Shown here piece by piece: positions 9,464 through 19,948 of a stretch of 64,000 nt of DNA; the first letter of the stretch is position 1, and each line of letters begins with the position of its first letter. Where the stretch lies: assembly GCA_964621445.1 (NCBI GenBank), contig CAZUNO010000007.1:1-64000 (forward strand), read 5' to 3'. This DNA is from Candidatus Hadarchaeota archaeon. GTDB taxonomy: Archaea; CAYQAE01; CAYVLA01. The notes under the pieces were generated by a model that made no database searches, was not told the origin of the DNA, and worked only from the letters and a program-made list of their open reading frames with translations. Position numbers and translations under genes: made by a program.

Positions 9464-9709
9464 ATGACCTACAGAGTATTTGCCTGTGAGAGCTGTCCCA
9501 CGGAAGTTGGTGTTGAAAAGAAGATCAAGAAGAGACCCATAGCCTGCCCGAAGTGCAGGGGCATGATATCTCTAGATAGGGAGGAGGATGAAGTTGAGGG
9601 GGAGGAGTATACATGTCCGAACTGCGAGAGATCGTTCACCTGTAACCAGGAACCATACAAGTGTCCCTTCTGCGATCATAGCTTTTCGGACAGTTACGAA
9701 TACTTCTAA
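9464..9709 (+). CDS. Small protein with four CxxC motifs (double zinc ribbon)
   Basis: CESC, CPKC, CPNC and CPFC; GAGG RBS upstream and an A-rich tract downstream. Confidence 0.7.
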   Translation: MTYRVFACESCPTEVGVEKKIKKRPIACPKCRGMISLDREEDEVEGEEYTCPNCERSFTCNQEPYKCPFCDHSFSDSYEYF

Positions 9710-9769
9710 AAAAGAAAGAAAAATGTGGGCTTTCGCCCACATCATCAATTATTTTCTAGGCGACTGACT

Positions 9770-11470
9770 TCACATCATTCCGGGCATTCCGCCGCCCATA
9801 CCGGGGGGCATTCCGCCCATTCCACCCATTCCACCCATTCCGGGTGCTCCTCCTGGAGGTCCGGCTGGTGGCTCTCCTCCTCCTCCGATTTCCTTGGCGG
9901 AGATCACATCATCGATCCGGAGGATCATGTTTGTAGCTTCAACGGCGGACTTCAGGATCTGGCGGTTCACGTTCAGAGGTTCGACAACCCCGAGCTCGTA
10001 CATGTCGGCTATCTCACCGTTGTACACGTCTATGCCCATCGATGAACCCTCGGTCTCGTTCTTGGCCAGGACCTCCTGAACCATGTCAATGGGGTCCAGA
10101 CCGGCATTCTCTGCCAGGCTCTTGGGCACTATCTTCAGAGCATTCGCGAAGGCGGATACTGCAAGGCTCTCCTTGCCTCCCTTGGTAGAGGCGAATTTTG
10201 CCAGTGCACGGGATAGGGCGGTCTCAACTGCTCCTCCACCGGGTAGAATCTTGGTATCCTCGAGGGTCGATCCAACTACGCATACCGCATCGTGTAGGGC
10301 ACGCTCTATCTCGTCCACGACATGCTCGGTACCGCCGCGGATTAGCAGGGACACCGCCTTGGGGTTCTTACACTTCTCTATGAAGATCATCTCGTCCCCG
10401 GAGATCTTTATCTCCTCGACCATACCTGCTGCACCCAGGTCATCGGCGCTCAGATCATTAAGGTTGCTGACTATCCTTGCTCCGGTCGCCCTGGCAAGTT
10501 TCTTCATGTCGCTCTTCTTGACCCTTCTGGCGGCCATGATTCCTTCCTTGGACATGTAGTGCTGGGCGAGGTCATCTATGCCCTTCTGGCAGAAGACCAC
10601 CTTTGCCCCAATTTCCTTGAACTTCTCGACCATTTCCTTGAGCATATGCTCCTCTTCGCCCAGGAAGTCCTTCAGTTGGTCGGGGGTTGTTATCTTGATC
10701 TCGGCATCGGTCTCCGTTTCCTGGATCTCCAACTTCGAGTCAATGAGGGCTATCTTGGCGTCCTCAATGGATCTAGGCATAGCGGGGTGGACCACTTCCT
10801 TGTCGATTATTGTCCCTTCGATAAGTTCCGACTGGGTAACTCCAGCACCCTGCTTCTTGACCATGTTTATGTGATCTATGTTTACGGTAACTCCGCCGTC
10901 GGAATCCTCTGCAACATGCCTCACCGCATCAACGGCCATTTCTGCCAGACGATCTCTGGCTGCATCGGCGGCCTTTCCGGTCATCGATGTTTTGGCTATA
11001 TTTTGCAGGGTCTCCACGTCATCGGGGTCTATGTCCTTAGCCATCTTGTCCAGTTCTTCCAGTGCCTTCTTCGAAGCTTCCCGATAGGCGTTCACGATCA
11101 CCGTGGGGTGGACGTCCTGATCCATGAGCTCCTCGGCCTTCTTGAGAAGCTCGCCGGCCATTACCACGGCGGTTGTGGTACCGTCACCGACCTCTTCATC
11201 CTGGGTGTTGGCTATTTCCACGATCATCTTGGCCGCTGGGTGCTCTACATCCATCTCGTCTAGGATGGTAGCTCCATCGTTGGTAACGACGATGTCTCCC
11301 AGGTTGTCAACGAGCATTTTGTCCATGCCCCTAGGCCCAAGAGTGGTCCGTACGGCCTCCGCAATTACCTTGGCCGCCATCAAGTTGTTTGACTTGGCGT
11401 CACGACCTCGTTTCCTTTCGGATCCTTCCTTTAGGATTAGAACCGGTGTACCTCCAAGTTGTGCTCCCAA
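9770..11470 (-). CDS. ths: Thermosome (group II chaperonin) subunit
   Basis: [28 protein letters not shown] and a GGM-repeat C-terminus. Confidence 0.97.
   Translation of the reverse strand: MGAQLGGTPVLILKEGSERKRGRDAKSNNLMAAKVIAEAVRTTLGPRGMDKMLVDNLGDIVVTNDGATILDEMDVEHPAAKMIVEIANTQDEEVGDGTTTAVVMAGELLKKAEELMDQDVHPTVIVNAYREASKKALEELDKMAKDIDPDDVETLQNIAKTSMTGKAADAARDRLAEMAVDAVRHVAEDSDGGVTVNIDHINMVKKQGAGVTQSELIEGTIIDKEVVHPAMPRSIEDAKIALIDSKLEIQETETDAEIKITTPDQLKDFLGEEEHMLKEMVEKFKEIGAKVVFCQKGIDDLAQHYMSKEGIMAARRVKKSDMKKLARATGARIVSNLNDLSADDLGAAGMVEEIKISGDEMIFIEKCKNPKAVSLLIRGGTEHVVDEIERALHDAVCVVGSTLEDTKILPGGGAVETALSRALAKFASTKGGKESLAVSAFANALKIVPKSLAENAGLDPIDMVQEVLAKNETEGSSMGIDVYNGEIADMYELGVVEPLNVNRQILKSAVEATNMILRIDDVISAKEIGGGGEPPAGPPGGAPGMGGMGGMGGMPPGMGGGMPGMM
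9808..9841 (-). repeat. 9-bp tandem repeat encoding the thermosome GGM tail
   Basis: cattccgcc/cattccacc units encode [11 protein letters not shown]. Confidence 0.7.
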
Positions 11471-11504
11471 AATTATTCACCTTATTTCCTATATGTTTTA
11501 TCGG

Positions 11505-11522
11505 TTATATATAAAACTTTTC
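11505..11522 (-). promoter_or_regulatory. BRE/TATA promoter of thermosome gene
   Basis: The minus strand reads GAAAAG-TTTTATATATAA, about 35-50 bp upstream of the start codon. Confidence 0.65.
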
Positions 11523-11560
11523 AATTCGCTCGGGGAGAAGAAAATTACTCGTCAGCAGTA

Positions 11561-12184
11561 TTATCCTTTCCCTATGCCGGAGCCCCAGCCACCGATCTCA
11601 AAGGCCTCTATTCTACCTGACTGGACCATATCTTCCAGAACTTCCCTGTTTTGTGCTGGGATAAGGACCAGGGTCCGTTCCCCTATCTGGTCAATTATAA
11701 CGGCATTCAGATCCAAAGCAACATCCTGCAGTTCGCGCTCGGAAACCGTTATGGCGGCCAGAAAGTGACTGGAATATACGGTGGTTTTTTCCTGATCCGG
11801 ATGGGAGGTTACCACTTTCTCCTCGCCAATGGATATTGAAGTGGAGTCCCGCTTTACGAAGGTGGGGACCTGCTCAACGGGGGTATCGTTGTAGGGAGGT
11901 ATCCAATCACCGCCCTGGAGGGGTGCCTCCTTGGTGCTCTCCAGCCCCCGTCCTTGGTCCGCGGTTATGGATTCGAAAAGGTTGGACCCTTCCTCGGTTC
12001 CCGTGCCCGACCGAGCATCCCAGGACATTTTCCGGGACTCCGGGATCCGGTAGAGCTCTAGTGAGATCAGGGAATGTGAGACTGCGGCGAATACACCAAG
12101 AATTATTACCGCGATTACCAGTTTGTCCAAAAGACGCACCTGAGATGATATTAGAGCTAAATTAGGGTTGTTGGAACAATTCAT
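11561..12184 (-). CDS. Hypothetical membrane-anchored protein
   Basis: Single N-proximal TM segment ([14 protein letters not shown]); start uncertain. Confidence 0.55.
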   Translation of the reverse strand: MNCSNNPNLALISSQVRLLDKLVIAVIILGVFAAVSHSLISLELYRIPESRKMSWDARSGTGTEEGSNLFESITADQGRGLESTKEAPLQGGDWIPPYNDTPVEQVPTFVKRDSTSISIGEEKVVTSHPDQEKTTVYSSHFLAAITVSERELQDVALDLNAVIIDQIGERTLVLIPAQNREVLEDMVQSGRIEAFEIGGWGSGIGKG

Positions 12185-12352
12185 ATATGTATGCTGAAAC
12201 GGTTTTCGGCCGCCTTATCGTCCGAATCTTCCGGCCTTTGGTTCAAATGGACCCGGTTTGAGATAATATTTAAGAAAAACGCTGCGCCCTTCATACCAAG
12301 GTGCGCCGGTACGCGCACGGGTTTTGTTCATTTCTCGCCTCGGGGAATATCT

Positions 12353-12715
12353 TTGAAGAACAGACAGAAGACGAATCCGATCACCAATAGCCTAATCGAA
12401 TCCTTCAGGCGTCTTTCATATAAAGAGGGCGTCAATATCTGGAAGGATATCGCGAATAGGCTTTCAAAGAGCACTAGGACGATGGCTGAGGTGAATGTCG
12501 GTTCCCTTTCCCTGCATACTGAGGCCGATGAGGTAATTGCCGTGCCCGGGAAGGTCCTGGGATTCGGTTATCTAGATCATCCGCTGACCGTGGCTGGTAT
12601 GGGGTTTACCGAGAAGGCGAGGAGGAAGATCCAGGATGCTGGAGGAGAATGCATAACTCTAATGGATCTTGCAGACAAATACCCGGATGGCTCGGGCATC
12701 AGAATTATGGCCTGA
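12353..12715 (+). CDS. rpl18e: 50S ribosomal protein L18e
   Basis: KTNP, IWKDIA.RL, EVNVGSL, VPGKVLG.G. TTG start at 12353; operon with L13, S9 and RpoN. Confidence 0.93.
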   Translation: MKNRQKTNPITNSLIESFRRLSYKEGVNIWKDIANRLSKSTRTMAEVNVGSLSLHTEADEVIAVPGKVLGFGYLDHPLTVAGMGFTEKARRKIQDAGGECITLMDLADKYPDGSGIRIMA

Positions 12716-12724
12716 GGAAGAAAA

Positions 12725-13165
12725 ATGATCGTAGTAGACGCAACCGATCAGATTCTTGGTAGAATGGCTTCAAAGGTGGCCAAGCTACTAATGGAAGGAG
12801 AATCAATAACCGTAGTTAATTCGGAAAAGGCGGTAATCACCGGTAATTCCAAGAGAACCATCGAGAAGTACAGGAAGAGGTACGACCTGTCGCGGGCGGT
12901 GAATCCAAGGAAGGGGCCCTTTTACCCTCGGATGCCTGATAGAATAATGAGCCGGACCATCAGGGGAATGTTGCCCTGGAGCAAATCCAAGGGGAAGGAG
13001 GCGTTCCGGAGACTACGCGTTTATCGTGGCATGCCAGATTCGCTAAAGGATTCTGAATTTACCACATTTGATGAAGCAGCTGCGGACCGTCTGAAAACTA
13101 GGAAATTCATTACGGTACAGGATATAGCAAATGAACTTGGAGCGAATAAGGGGATGGCAAGTTGA
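12725..13165 (+). CDS. rpl13: 50S ribosomal protein L13
   Basis: VDATDQILGRMAS.VAK and GPFYPRMPDRI..RTIRGMLP. Confidence 0.95.
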   Translation: MIVVDATDQILGRMASKVAKLLMEGESITVVNSEKAVITGNSKRTIEKYRKRYDLSRAVNPRKGPFYPRMPDRIMSRTIRGMLPWSKSKGKEAFRRLRVYRGMPDSLKDSEFTTFDEAAADRLKTRKFITVQDIANELGANKGMAS

Positions 13166-13566
13166 GAGATATCCCGGTAACTGTTTCGGCAAAGATTAAG
13201 AGAGCGATTGCTAGGGCAACGATCAAGCAGGGCGATGGTGGTCTCAGGATAAACCGTGTCCCTTTAGACGTGTTTGGAACGGAGCTTTGTAGACTGAGGG
13301 TCAAGGAGGTCCTAGCCCTTGCTGGAGAGCTGACCGAGGATGTGGATATAAAGATCCGCGTCGAGGGAGGAGGAATAGCGGGTCAGACAAGCGCCATCCG
13401 AACCAGCATAGCCAGGGGATTTGTACAGTGGACTGGAGACCCGGATCTGAGAAACGCCTTCCTAGAGTATGATCGATCCCTAATCAAGGGCGACGTTAGG
13501 AGGAAGGAGGCTAAGAAACCGGGTCGAAGGAGAGCCAGGGCCAGGAAGCAAAAGAGTTACAGGTGA
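13162..13566 (+). CDS. rps9: 30S ribosomal protein S9
   Basis: [22 protein letters not shown] and C-terminal [10 protein letters not shown]. Confidence 0.95.
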   Translation: MRDIPVTVSAKIKRAIARATIKQGDGGLRINRVPLDVFGTELCRLRVKEVLALAGELTEDVDIKIRVEGGGIAGQTSAIRTSIARGFVQWTGDPDLRNAFLEYDRSLIKGDVRRKEAKKPGRRRARARKQKSYR

Positions 13567-13573
13567 TTGGGTC

Positions 13574-13777
13574 ATGATCATTCCTATAAGATGCTTTACA
13601 TGCGGCAAATTACTCGGGGATAAGTACGAGGTCTTCAAGGACCGCGTGGAAGAGGGTGAGAAACCCGGGGAGGTACTGGACGACCTGGGGATAACCCGCT
13701 ATTGTTGCAGGCGAATGATAGTTTCACACGTGGATGTGCTAGAGGAAGTCATCAAATACAAAAAACCCTCGGCCTAG
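13574..13777 (+). CDS. rpoN: DNA-directed RNA polymerase subunit N (Rpo10)
   Basis: [11 protein letters not shown]...[14 protein letters not shown]. Confidence 0.97.
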   Translation: MIIPIRCFTCGKLLGDKYEVFKDRVEEGEKPGEVLDDLGITRYCCRRMIVSHVDVLEEVIKYKKPSA

Positions 13778-14109
13778 AATTCGTGAAACCTTCGGTCTGG
13801 AAGCGGACCGGTGTAGGGAGTAATTGAAACCCTCTCATCCTTTCTCAGGTTAAACACCTTCATTATCTGTGGGTCCAGGCCGATGGTCCCGATTTCAACC
13901 TCATCCTCAACGATCTTACCGATCAGGGTTCCGAGTTCAAAATTTAGCTGGATCCAGTCGCCGGGCTCCAGTCCAATTTTATGGATATCGTCGACGTTCA
14001 TCTTAACGATATCCCTCATGAATTCCTTTCTCGCCTTAAATGAGAAAACCTCTTTAGTTGATATTCCGGTCGAGCCCCCTTCCTGGATCTCCAAAGTCCC
14101 GTCACCCAT
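13774..14109 (-). CDS. Small double-psi beta-barrel-like protein (resembles CDC48/VAT N-domain)
   Basis: [24 protein letters not shown]...[20 protein letters not shown] pattern. Confidence 0.55.
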   Translation of the reverse strand: MGDGTLEIQEGGSTGISTKEVFSFKARKEFMRDIVKMNVDDIHKIGLEPGDWIQLNFELGTLIGKIVEDEVEIGTIGLDPQIMKVFNLRKDERVSITPYTGPLPDRRFHEF

Positions 14110-14170
14110 GTTGTGATTTTGTCCTTACTTGGTAAAAAGACTTTGGGCCCATTAGGTTCCGTGACCATAA

Positions 14171-14932
14171 TCAGGCCAGGGTGCCCTGGTCCAGGACCTT
14201 TATTTCGTACAGGATGGACCTGAAGAGGTAGAGGCCAAAGGCACAGGCAACTATCAATGGAATCACAAACAGGGGACCAGGCAGGAAGGTGTCTCCAAGG
14301 GCGGCGAATAGGAAGATTGCGAAATTGAACAGCGCGTGGTATACCACGGCCATGGCATATCTAGTTACCCAGAATCCCCCCAGGATCTTCTGGGTGGAGA
14401 TACCGGAACCCGAGATCGCGCCCGTTGCCCCGTGAAGGGAGGCGGAGCCCAGGGACCTGACTATGATTAAAAGACTAAGGGAAGAAAGGCTTGCCGTGGC
14501 CATGGGTACGCTGGCCTCCTTCCAGGAAATGAAGAAATACATCACGTTCTCGGTGGCGGCGAATCCGAACCCGGCTGCTGCCCCGTAAACCAGACCGTCC
14601 TCGATCTCGCTGAAATAGGGCTTGTCCTTGATCATCAGGACCGGGAGTGCCTTGGTAAATTCCTCGAAAATGGGTGCCAGAACAACGATACCAACCAGGA
14701 AGGTGCCTCCGGGAACGCCCTTGGTGAGAGAGCTATACAGTTCGATTACCTGCTCCCCGGCGATTTCCAGGACCAGTGCTAAACCGGTGGAGACCACTGC
14801 TCCCAGGGCGAATATGAGTAGAATGCGACGAAATGGGGCTCTGTCCGTTAATTCCGAATGCCTGACCCACAGAACGTAGAAGAGGCAGGGTATGAACCCC
14901 ATCAATACCAGTGCTATCTCTTCTTGGACCAT
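14171..14932 (-). CDS. prsW: PrsW-family intramembrane glutamic/metalloprotease
   Basis: APIFEEFTK, DGLVYGAAAGFGFAATEN, LHGA and YHALFN; multiple TM helices. Confidence 0.88.
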   Translation of the reverse strand: MVQEEIALVLMGFIPCLFYVLWVRHSELTDRAPFRRILLIFALGAVVSTGLALVLEIAGEQVIELYSSLTKGVPGGTFLVGIVVLAPIFEEFTKALPVLMIKDKPYFSEIEDGLVYGAAAGFGFAATENVMYFFISWKEASVPMATASLSSLSLLIIVRSLGSASLHGATGAISGSGISTQKILGGFWVTRYAMAVVYHALFNFAIFLFAALGDTFLPGPLFVIPLIVACAFGLYLFRSILYEIKVLDQGTLA

Positions 14933-15007
14933 ATTTTCGCCCCATGCCTATCGGATAAATATCTTCCGACCCCAATAGAAGTTTTGTGTGATGGGTTGGG
15001 TAGTGGT

Positions 15008-16201
15008 TCAATGGTCCGCCCTGGTGATTTCGACCTCTCTGTATAGGCGTCTCTTTATCATCAGGGTCCAGAGTATGAAACCACATACCAGGGCAGTGCC
15101 GCTTACCGCCATCCACTCCACCAGGTAAATCCAGAACAGCGCCCTCTCCTTCATCTCCACGAGCTCCTGGTCTAGCTTCTCGAATTCCCCCGAGATCTCG
15201 TCAAGGTGGGAGGAGCATTCCTCGTACTCCTGTTCGATGAAGCTTCTCTCGGCCTCCTTCTTCATCTGAACTATCTCGTCAAGGTGATCCTGGCCCGGGG
15301 TGACCTCTGCCCCGAACTCCTCCACGAATTCCATGAGGCTTACCGCCAGGGCTTTATTGACCTCGTAATCACTGAACCCATTCCGAATCTTGTGTATGAG
15401 CTGGGGGTTCTCGGGTATGTCCACCCCGGCCACCAGGTAGTTCATATTGGCCACGTAGTCCGGGTAGTAGTCCCATTTCATCACCGTTTGGCCCCATCCC
15501 GGGGTCCAGTCCGGTGTGTGTGCCAGTGAGGCCCCTTCCCCGTATTCCCAATAGATAAGAAGCGGATAATGTGGCTTTATCCCCGCTTCCAGAAGAATCT
15601 CCGATCCCTTTTTTGATTTCACTATGTTCATTCCGTGGAACATGGGCATTTTTTTCCAGGGTAGGGATTGGACGAAATCGTTATCCTCGGTACTAACCAC
15701 GGCCTTGAAATCCTTTCTGAAGGTCTTGCCCTTCATACAGATCACGGGAAGGGCGTCCTCGACCGGGGAATCACCCCAGCTGGGGTAGTTATCCCCGCCA
15801 AAGGCCTCTATTCCCCCCGCCATCATCATCCCGATGCCATCATCTTTCACGCCCCTTTCGAACCACTGAAGCTGCTTTAGCTCATAGAGGTCACGGTTGG
15901 TGTCGCTAAGGATGATTATGTCGTGGTTATCCGCGAATTCGTCATAGGTTCTGGGCATGTATACCCGCATGAACTGCTTCAGCTCCCGTGGCCTATAGGT
16001 GCCTATATGGGCATAGGTTGCGGGGATGGGGGTTCCAATAAAGGAGGGTTCCGCTTCTATATGGAAGAAGGGAGTAGGGCCCCAGGCATCTCCTATGTAG
16101 AGTACCCTGATCCTTCCCGTCTCCGGGTCTCGTCTCGGTTCCCGGCCGGTGCCGGAGGAAATCAAGATGAAGATGATGACCAGAAGGAGGAATCTTTTCA
16201 T
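15008..16201 (-). CDS. Surface-protein family X paralog 1 (signal peptide, GATase-like/DUF1355-like head, helical stalk, C-terminal TM)
   Basis: Start MKRFLLLVII; RVLYIGD, MRVYMPR, GMMMAGG.EAFGG, and tail KERALFWIYLVEW...LWTLMIKRRLYREV. Confidence 0.8.
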   Translation of the reverse strand: MKRFLLLVIIFILISSGTGREPRRDPETGRIRVLYIGDAWGPTPFFHIEAEPSFIGTPIPATYAHIGTYRPRELKQFMRVYMPRTYDEFADNHDIIILSDTNRDLYELKQLQWFERGVKDDGIGMMMAGGIEAFGGDNYPSWGDSPVEDALPVICMKGKTFRKDFKAVVSTEDNDFVQSLPWKKMPMFHGMNIVKSKKGSEILLEAGIKPHYPLLIYWEYGEGASLAHTPDWTPGWGQTVMKWDYYPDYVANMNYLVAGVDIPENPQLIHKIRNGFSDYEVNKALAVSLMEFVEEFGAEVTPGQDHLDEIVQMKKEAERSFIEQEYEECSSHLDEISGEFEKLDQELVEMKERALFWIYLVEWMAVSGTALVCGFILWTLMIKRRLYREVEITRADH

Positions 16202-16256
16202 CCGAGGAGATAGGGAAGACGGATCTTTAATAATGTAGGGAATTATTTTCGTCGGG

Positions 16257-16760
16257 TTGAATATCTTGAATATCAGGTCATACCGTGAAGAGGACCTTAA
16301 TCGGATGGAGGACATTGCCCGCAGGGCGTTCGTGGGCCTCGGCCTCGCTCGTTTTGCCATAGATTCAAAGCTGGACCCGGACAAGGTCTCCGAGTACTAC
16401 GCCGATGAAATCGCTGGATATGCAGCGAGGGTTGAATCGGGGGAAGAGGATATGGGGATACTGGTGGCGGAGGATGAGGGCGCGATAGCCGGACACATAG
16501 TTCTGGAGTTTGATAGGAAGAGGACCCAGCAGTTCGGGATAGAGTGGGGCAGGCTCGTATCGCTTGCAGTGGATCCCGATAAGCAGGGACGAGGGACGGG
16601 TAAGGAGCTCGTCTCAGCGGGCCTCGACTGGCTGTCCTCCAGGGGAGTTAGGTATGTCGAGGTATCCACCGATCAAAATAATATAGCCGCCCAGAGGGTT
16701 TACGAGGACAACGGCTTTCGGGCCATATATTCAGGGATCTCCCTTTCGAGGAAACTTTGA
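16257..16760 (+). CDS. GNAT-family N-acetyltransferase
   Basis: LAVDPDKQGRGTGKEL acetyl-CoA motif and N.AAQRVYE.NGF. Confidence 0.88.
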   Translation: MNILNIRSYREEDLNRMEDIARRAFVGLGLARFAIDSKLDPDKVSEYYADEIAGYAARVESGEEDMGILVAEDEGAIAGHIVLEFDRKRTQQFGIEWGRLVSLAVDPDKQGRGTGKELVSAGLDWLSSRGVRYVEVSTDQNNIAAQRVYEDNGFRAIYSGISLSRKL

Positions 16761-16761
16761 C

Positions 16762-17847
16762 TCATCGGGTGGTCTGGATTTCCCTGACGAGCTGGTAAAG
16801 CTCCCGGGCCTGCTCGTCCTTCTTGAAGTGTTCACGTATCGGGGATACTAGCTCGTCGATCACTGCAGCCACGGCGTTCTTGAGGTCCAGAGGGTGTATT
16901 TCCCCCCCACGGTACAGGTCCTCCAATTCCTGGTAGCTCTGTATCTCCAGGTTGCCCCCGTACTTTGCAGGCCTAGTTATCTGAAGGTTATCCCTTTCCC
17001 TGAAGATTATGTGTTTCGAGTAATCCATGATCGGGTTTTTCTCAACCTCCTTGGGGGGGCAGTAGGCCGACTTTATCTTCTCATTGATGGTCTCCGGCTC
17101 GTCATGGACATATATGCTGGACTGGGGAACCGACTTGCTCATCTTGGAGCTGATGGAGAGGTCCATGTTCTCATCCGACTCAAATCCCTCGGGGGTCTTG
17201 ACTCCCTGTAGCCCCATGAGCATGTGGTGGTGTACAGCCACCGGTTTCCAGAGGCCTATCTTGGGTCCAACCTCCCTGGCCAGCATGTTTGCCCTCCTTT
17301 GGTCTATGCCCAGCTGGCAGATATCGCATTCCAGCTGAAAGATGTCGGAAACCTGCATGGCGGGGTAGAAGTACTGGGCGACATCCTGCATCTCGCCCTT
17401 CCTGCGTCCCATTATGGTTAGACATCTCTGCATGCGGTTCACGGTGGTGTTCTTGGCTATGAGAATAACCCTTTTCCAGTATTCAGCATCCATGTTCTCG
17501 CTGGCCCAGAGGAACTCCACCTGCTCGGTGGGGACTCCCGCTGCCTTCCATACCTCAATGAAGTACTCGCCCACCTTCCTGATCTTGCTAAGATCGCTCT
17601 CCATCTTGTTATTGATCCAGGCGAACCAGTCAGCCAGCCATAGTTTAAACTCGATTCCGGTCTTGAGCAGGTCCTTTAGATTGATGGAACGATAGAGGGC
17701 GAAGGGAATATGAGCCAGTCCTGAGGGCTCGAAACCGTCATAGGCTATGGGGTTTTCCTTGGTCTCGAAGAGCTCTCTCAGTTCCTCCTCGGTTATGATC
17801 TCCTCGGCGACACCCCTAACCAGGTCCATCTTGGTTTCTATGTCCAT
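16762..17847 (-). CDS. tyrS: Tyrosine--tRNA ligase (archaeal type)
   Basis: YDGFEPSGLAHI, YPAMQVSDI, LGIDQRRANML and KMSKS. Confidence 0.95.
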   Translation of the reverse strand: MDIETKMDLVRGVAEEIITEEELRELFETKENPIAYDGFEPSGLAHIPFALYRSINLKDLLKTGIEFKLWLADWFAWINNKMESDLSKIRKVGEYFIEVWKAAGVPTEQVEFLWASENMDAEYWKRVILIAKNTTVNRMQRCLTIMGRRKGEMQDVAQYFYPAMQVSDIFQLECDICQLGIDQRRANMLAREVGPKIGLWKPVAVHHHMLMGLQGVKTPEGFESDENMDLSISSKMSKSVPQSSIYVHDEPETINEKIKSAYCPPKEVEKNPIMDYSKHIIFRERDNLQITRPAKYGGNLEIQSYQELEDLYRGGEIHPLDLKNAVAAVIDELVSPIREHFKKDEQARELYQLVREIQTTR

Positions 17848-17889
17848 AGGGAGGCATCGGAGGTTGCCATGATTAGTGTTTCGTCCCCG

Positions 17890-18726
17890 TCAGCTGACCG
17901 CCTTTGGCCCGATGTAATCGGCGATGATCGGGAACCTACCGTGGCCGGTTTCCACGGTGACCAGCTGTATGATGCCCTTGTGGCCGAACATCTGTTGGGT
18001 GTTGAGGGTTACCTCCAGGTGTACCTTCTCATCAGGGTGTATGTCCTCCACCTCTATGATACCTACCGGTGACTCCAATACCGGCTGGCAACCGTCCATT
18101 CCACCGGGGGCATCCTCCGATCTGAAACAAAGGTATTGTGAAGGGAGCTGGTATCTTATCTCGCTAATGACCTCCTCTCTCATGAAGAAGAAGTCCCTGT
18201 ATCCACCATATATGGATACGCTACCCTGGGGGTCCACCTGGAAGGCATATATGGAGCGGGTGGTCGGTAGTTGGCTCTCCCCGGCGATGATGGCCATGGA
18301 ATCCGTGAAATCGATGAAGTAGAGCTTGGTTTCTCCCCCGGCCCGGGTTTTGATCACCTCATGGGTGCTGGCGTTCATCCTCCTGGAGAGAACCTCCATC
18401 TCCGCGCTCAATGCGGCCAGAACGGGAACGTTCTCCACCAGACCCTCGAGTGACCGGGCCTCGGTTTCGTTCCATGGTTGTGCGAGCTGTAGGTTCTCCA
18501 GTTTTTCCAGGAAATGGGTTTTTATTAGGATACGCGGCAGGTCCTGGGTGACCATGACGTCGAGTGAATAGGAAGGCGAGCCCGGTCTTCGACCCGGTAT
18601 ATTCTTGGGGGTCCTGTGCGATAGGAGACGCACCGGTTCCTCGTCCTCCACGTTGAAGATGATCACCGAGGTAATTGTGGTTATTATCAGTATAATGGCG
18701 ATGAATCCAGTCAAGGGTCGATCCAT
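17890..18726 (-). CDS. Hypothetical membrane-anchored protein
   Basis: Start MDRPLTGFIAIILII overlaps the stop of the upstream family X gene; N-terminal TM. Confidence 0.6.
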   Translation of the reverse strand: MDRPLTGFIAIILIITTITSVIIFNVEDEEPVRLLSHRTPKNIPGRRPGSPSYSLDVMVTQDLPRILIKTHFLEKLENLQLAQPWNETEARSLEGLVENVPVLAALSAEMEVLSRRMNASTHEVIKTRAGGETKLYFIDFTDSMAIIAGESQLPTTRSIYAFQVDPQGSVSIYGGYRDFFFMREEVISEIRYQLPSQYLCFRSEDAPGGMDGCQPVLESPVGIIEVEDIHPDEKVHLEVTLNTQQMFGHKGIIQLVTVETGHGRFPIIADYIGPKAVS

Positions 18727-19917
18727 CAGTAGCGTCCTCCCCTGGTGACCTTGACCTCCCGGTATAACTGCCTTCTCACCATGAGGGTCCAGACGAGCAC
18801 CCCACAGATCAGGCCCGTCCCGGTTACCACTAGCCACTCGGTTAGAAATATCCAGTAAAGAGCTTCATCCCTGGCCCTCAAGGCCAGGTCGTAGGCCTCA
18901 TCCAGTAGTTCAAAGGCCTGGTCCGCCTTCTCCTTTGCGTTCTGTAGATCAAGGTCAACGAACTCCTCCCTGGCTTCATCCGCTATTTCCCGGGCCTTGG
19001 CCAGTTGATCATCGACACGGTCGGTCTTGGCATCGAATCTGGCGATGAAATCCAGCAGGTGGATTACCGTCTGTCTCTGATCGTATATATCCCTGAACCG
19101 GGAACGGGTTTGATAGAGTAGATTTACGTCCGAGGGCGGCTCGAGTCCGGCCAGGAAATACACCATATTGGAGACGAAATCCGGATAGTGCTTCCATCGC
19201 ATGAACTCCTTGCCGGCCGATCCCCCGCGGAAACCAGGGGCCGAGGCGAAGAATCGCCCTTCCCCCACGTCCCACCAGACCCATCCGGGGTCCTCCCCTC
19301 CGCCCCCAGATCCCAGTCTCACCACCTTGGAGAGCATCTCGGCTCCCTGCTTCAATTCAACCGCATTGTAGCCGCCAAAAACATCGTGTTGTTCGTATCC
19401 CTCCCAGGGGACGCTTCTCATCAGTGTATTTTCCCGTTTCTTATCCTCGAGAACGACGTTCCTTCCCTCGTCGAGATACTCGCTTCTGCATTTGACCGGC
19501 AGGACCTCTGAAAGAACTGTATTGTCCCATGACCCGAATCCAGCATAACCGCCGAAGGACTCGAAACCGCCTGCCATGAATAGACGAAGCCCATCCTCCT
19601 TGCAGCCCTCAGTCATCCATTGGATGTTCTGTGACGGAAACGAGGAGTATGTGGTGTCGTCAAGGCCGATCATATCGTATTCATTGGTCATCCTATGGCG
19701 ATTTCTAGGCAGGTATATACGCATTGATCTCTTAACCTTGGAGCTCTCAATGCCGTACAGGTTTCCATGAATGGGAAGGGTCGAAACAAGCGGATCATAC
19801 CTCAGGACCTGGTAAGGACCGGCCGCTGCTGGCATGCCTATGTATATCAGGCGGGGAGGCGGTGGCGGTTGCTAGAAATAGGAATATGGAGAGGACGAGG
19901 ACCAACTTCCGGGTCAT
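18726..19917 (-). pseudogene. Surface-protein family X paralog 2, frameshifted just after the signal peptide
   Basis: ATG at 19917 gives MTRKLVLVLSIFLFLATATASP. The conserved body (RLIYIG...MRIYLPR...RDEALYWIFLTEW...RRQLYREV) is in another frame; the offset to the ATG at 19835 is 82 nt. Confidence 0.72.
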
Positions 19918-19948
19918 CCTGTATTATTGAGCTCTTTTTCCATATAAA

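Noticed and set aside
9773-9850. Short tandem repeats as possible CRISPR or contingency locus
   Set aside because: They encode the ordinary GGM tail of the chaperonin.
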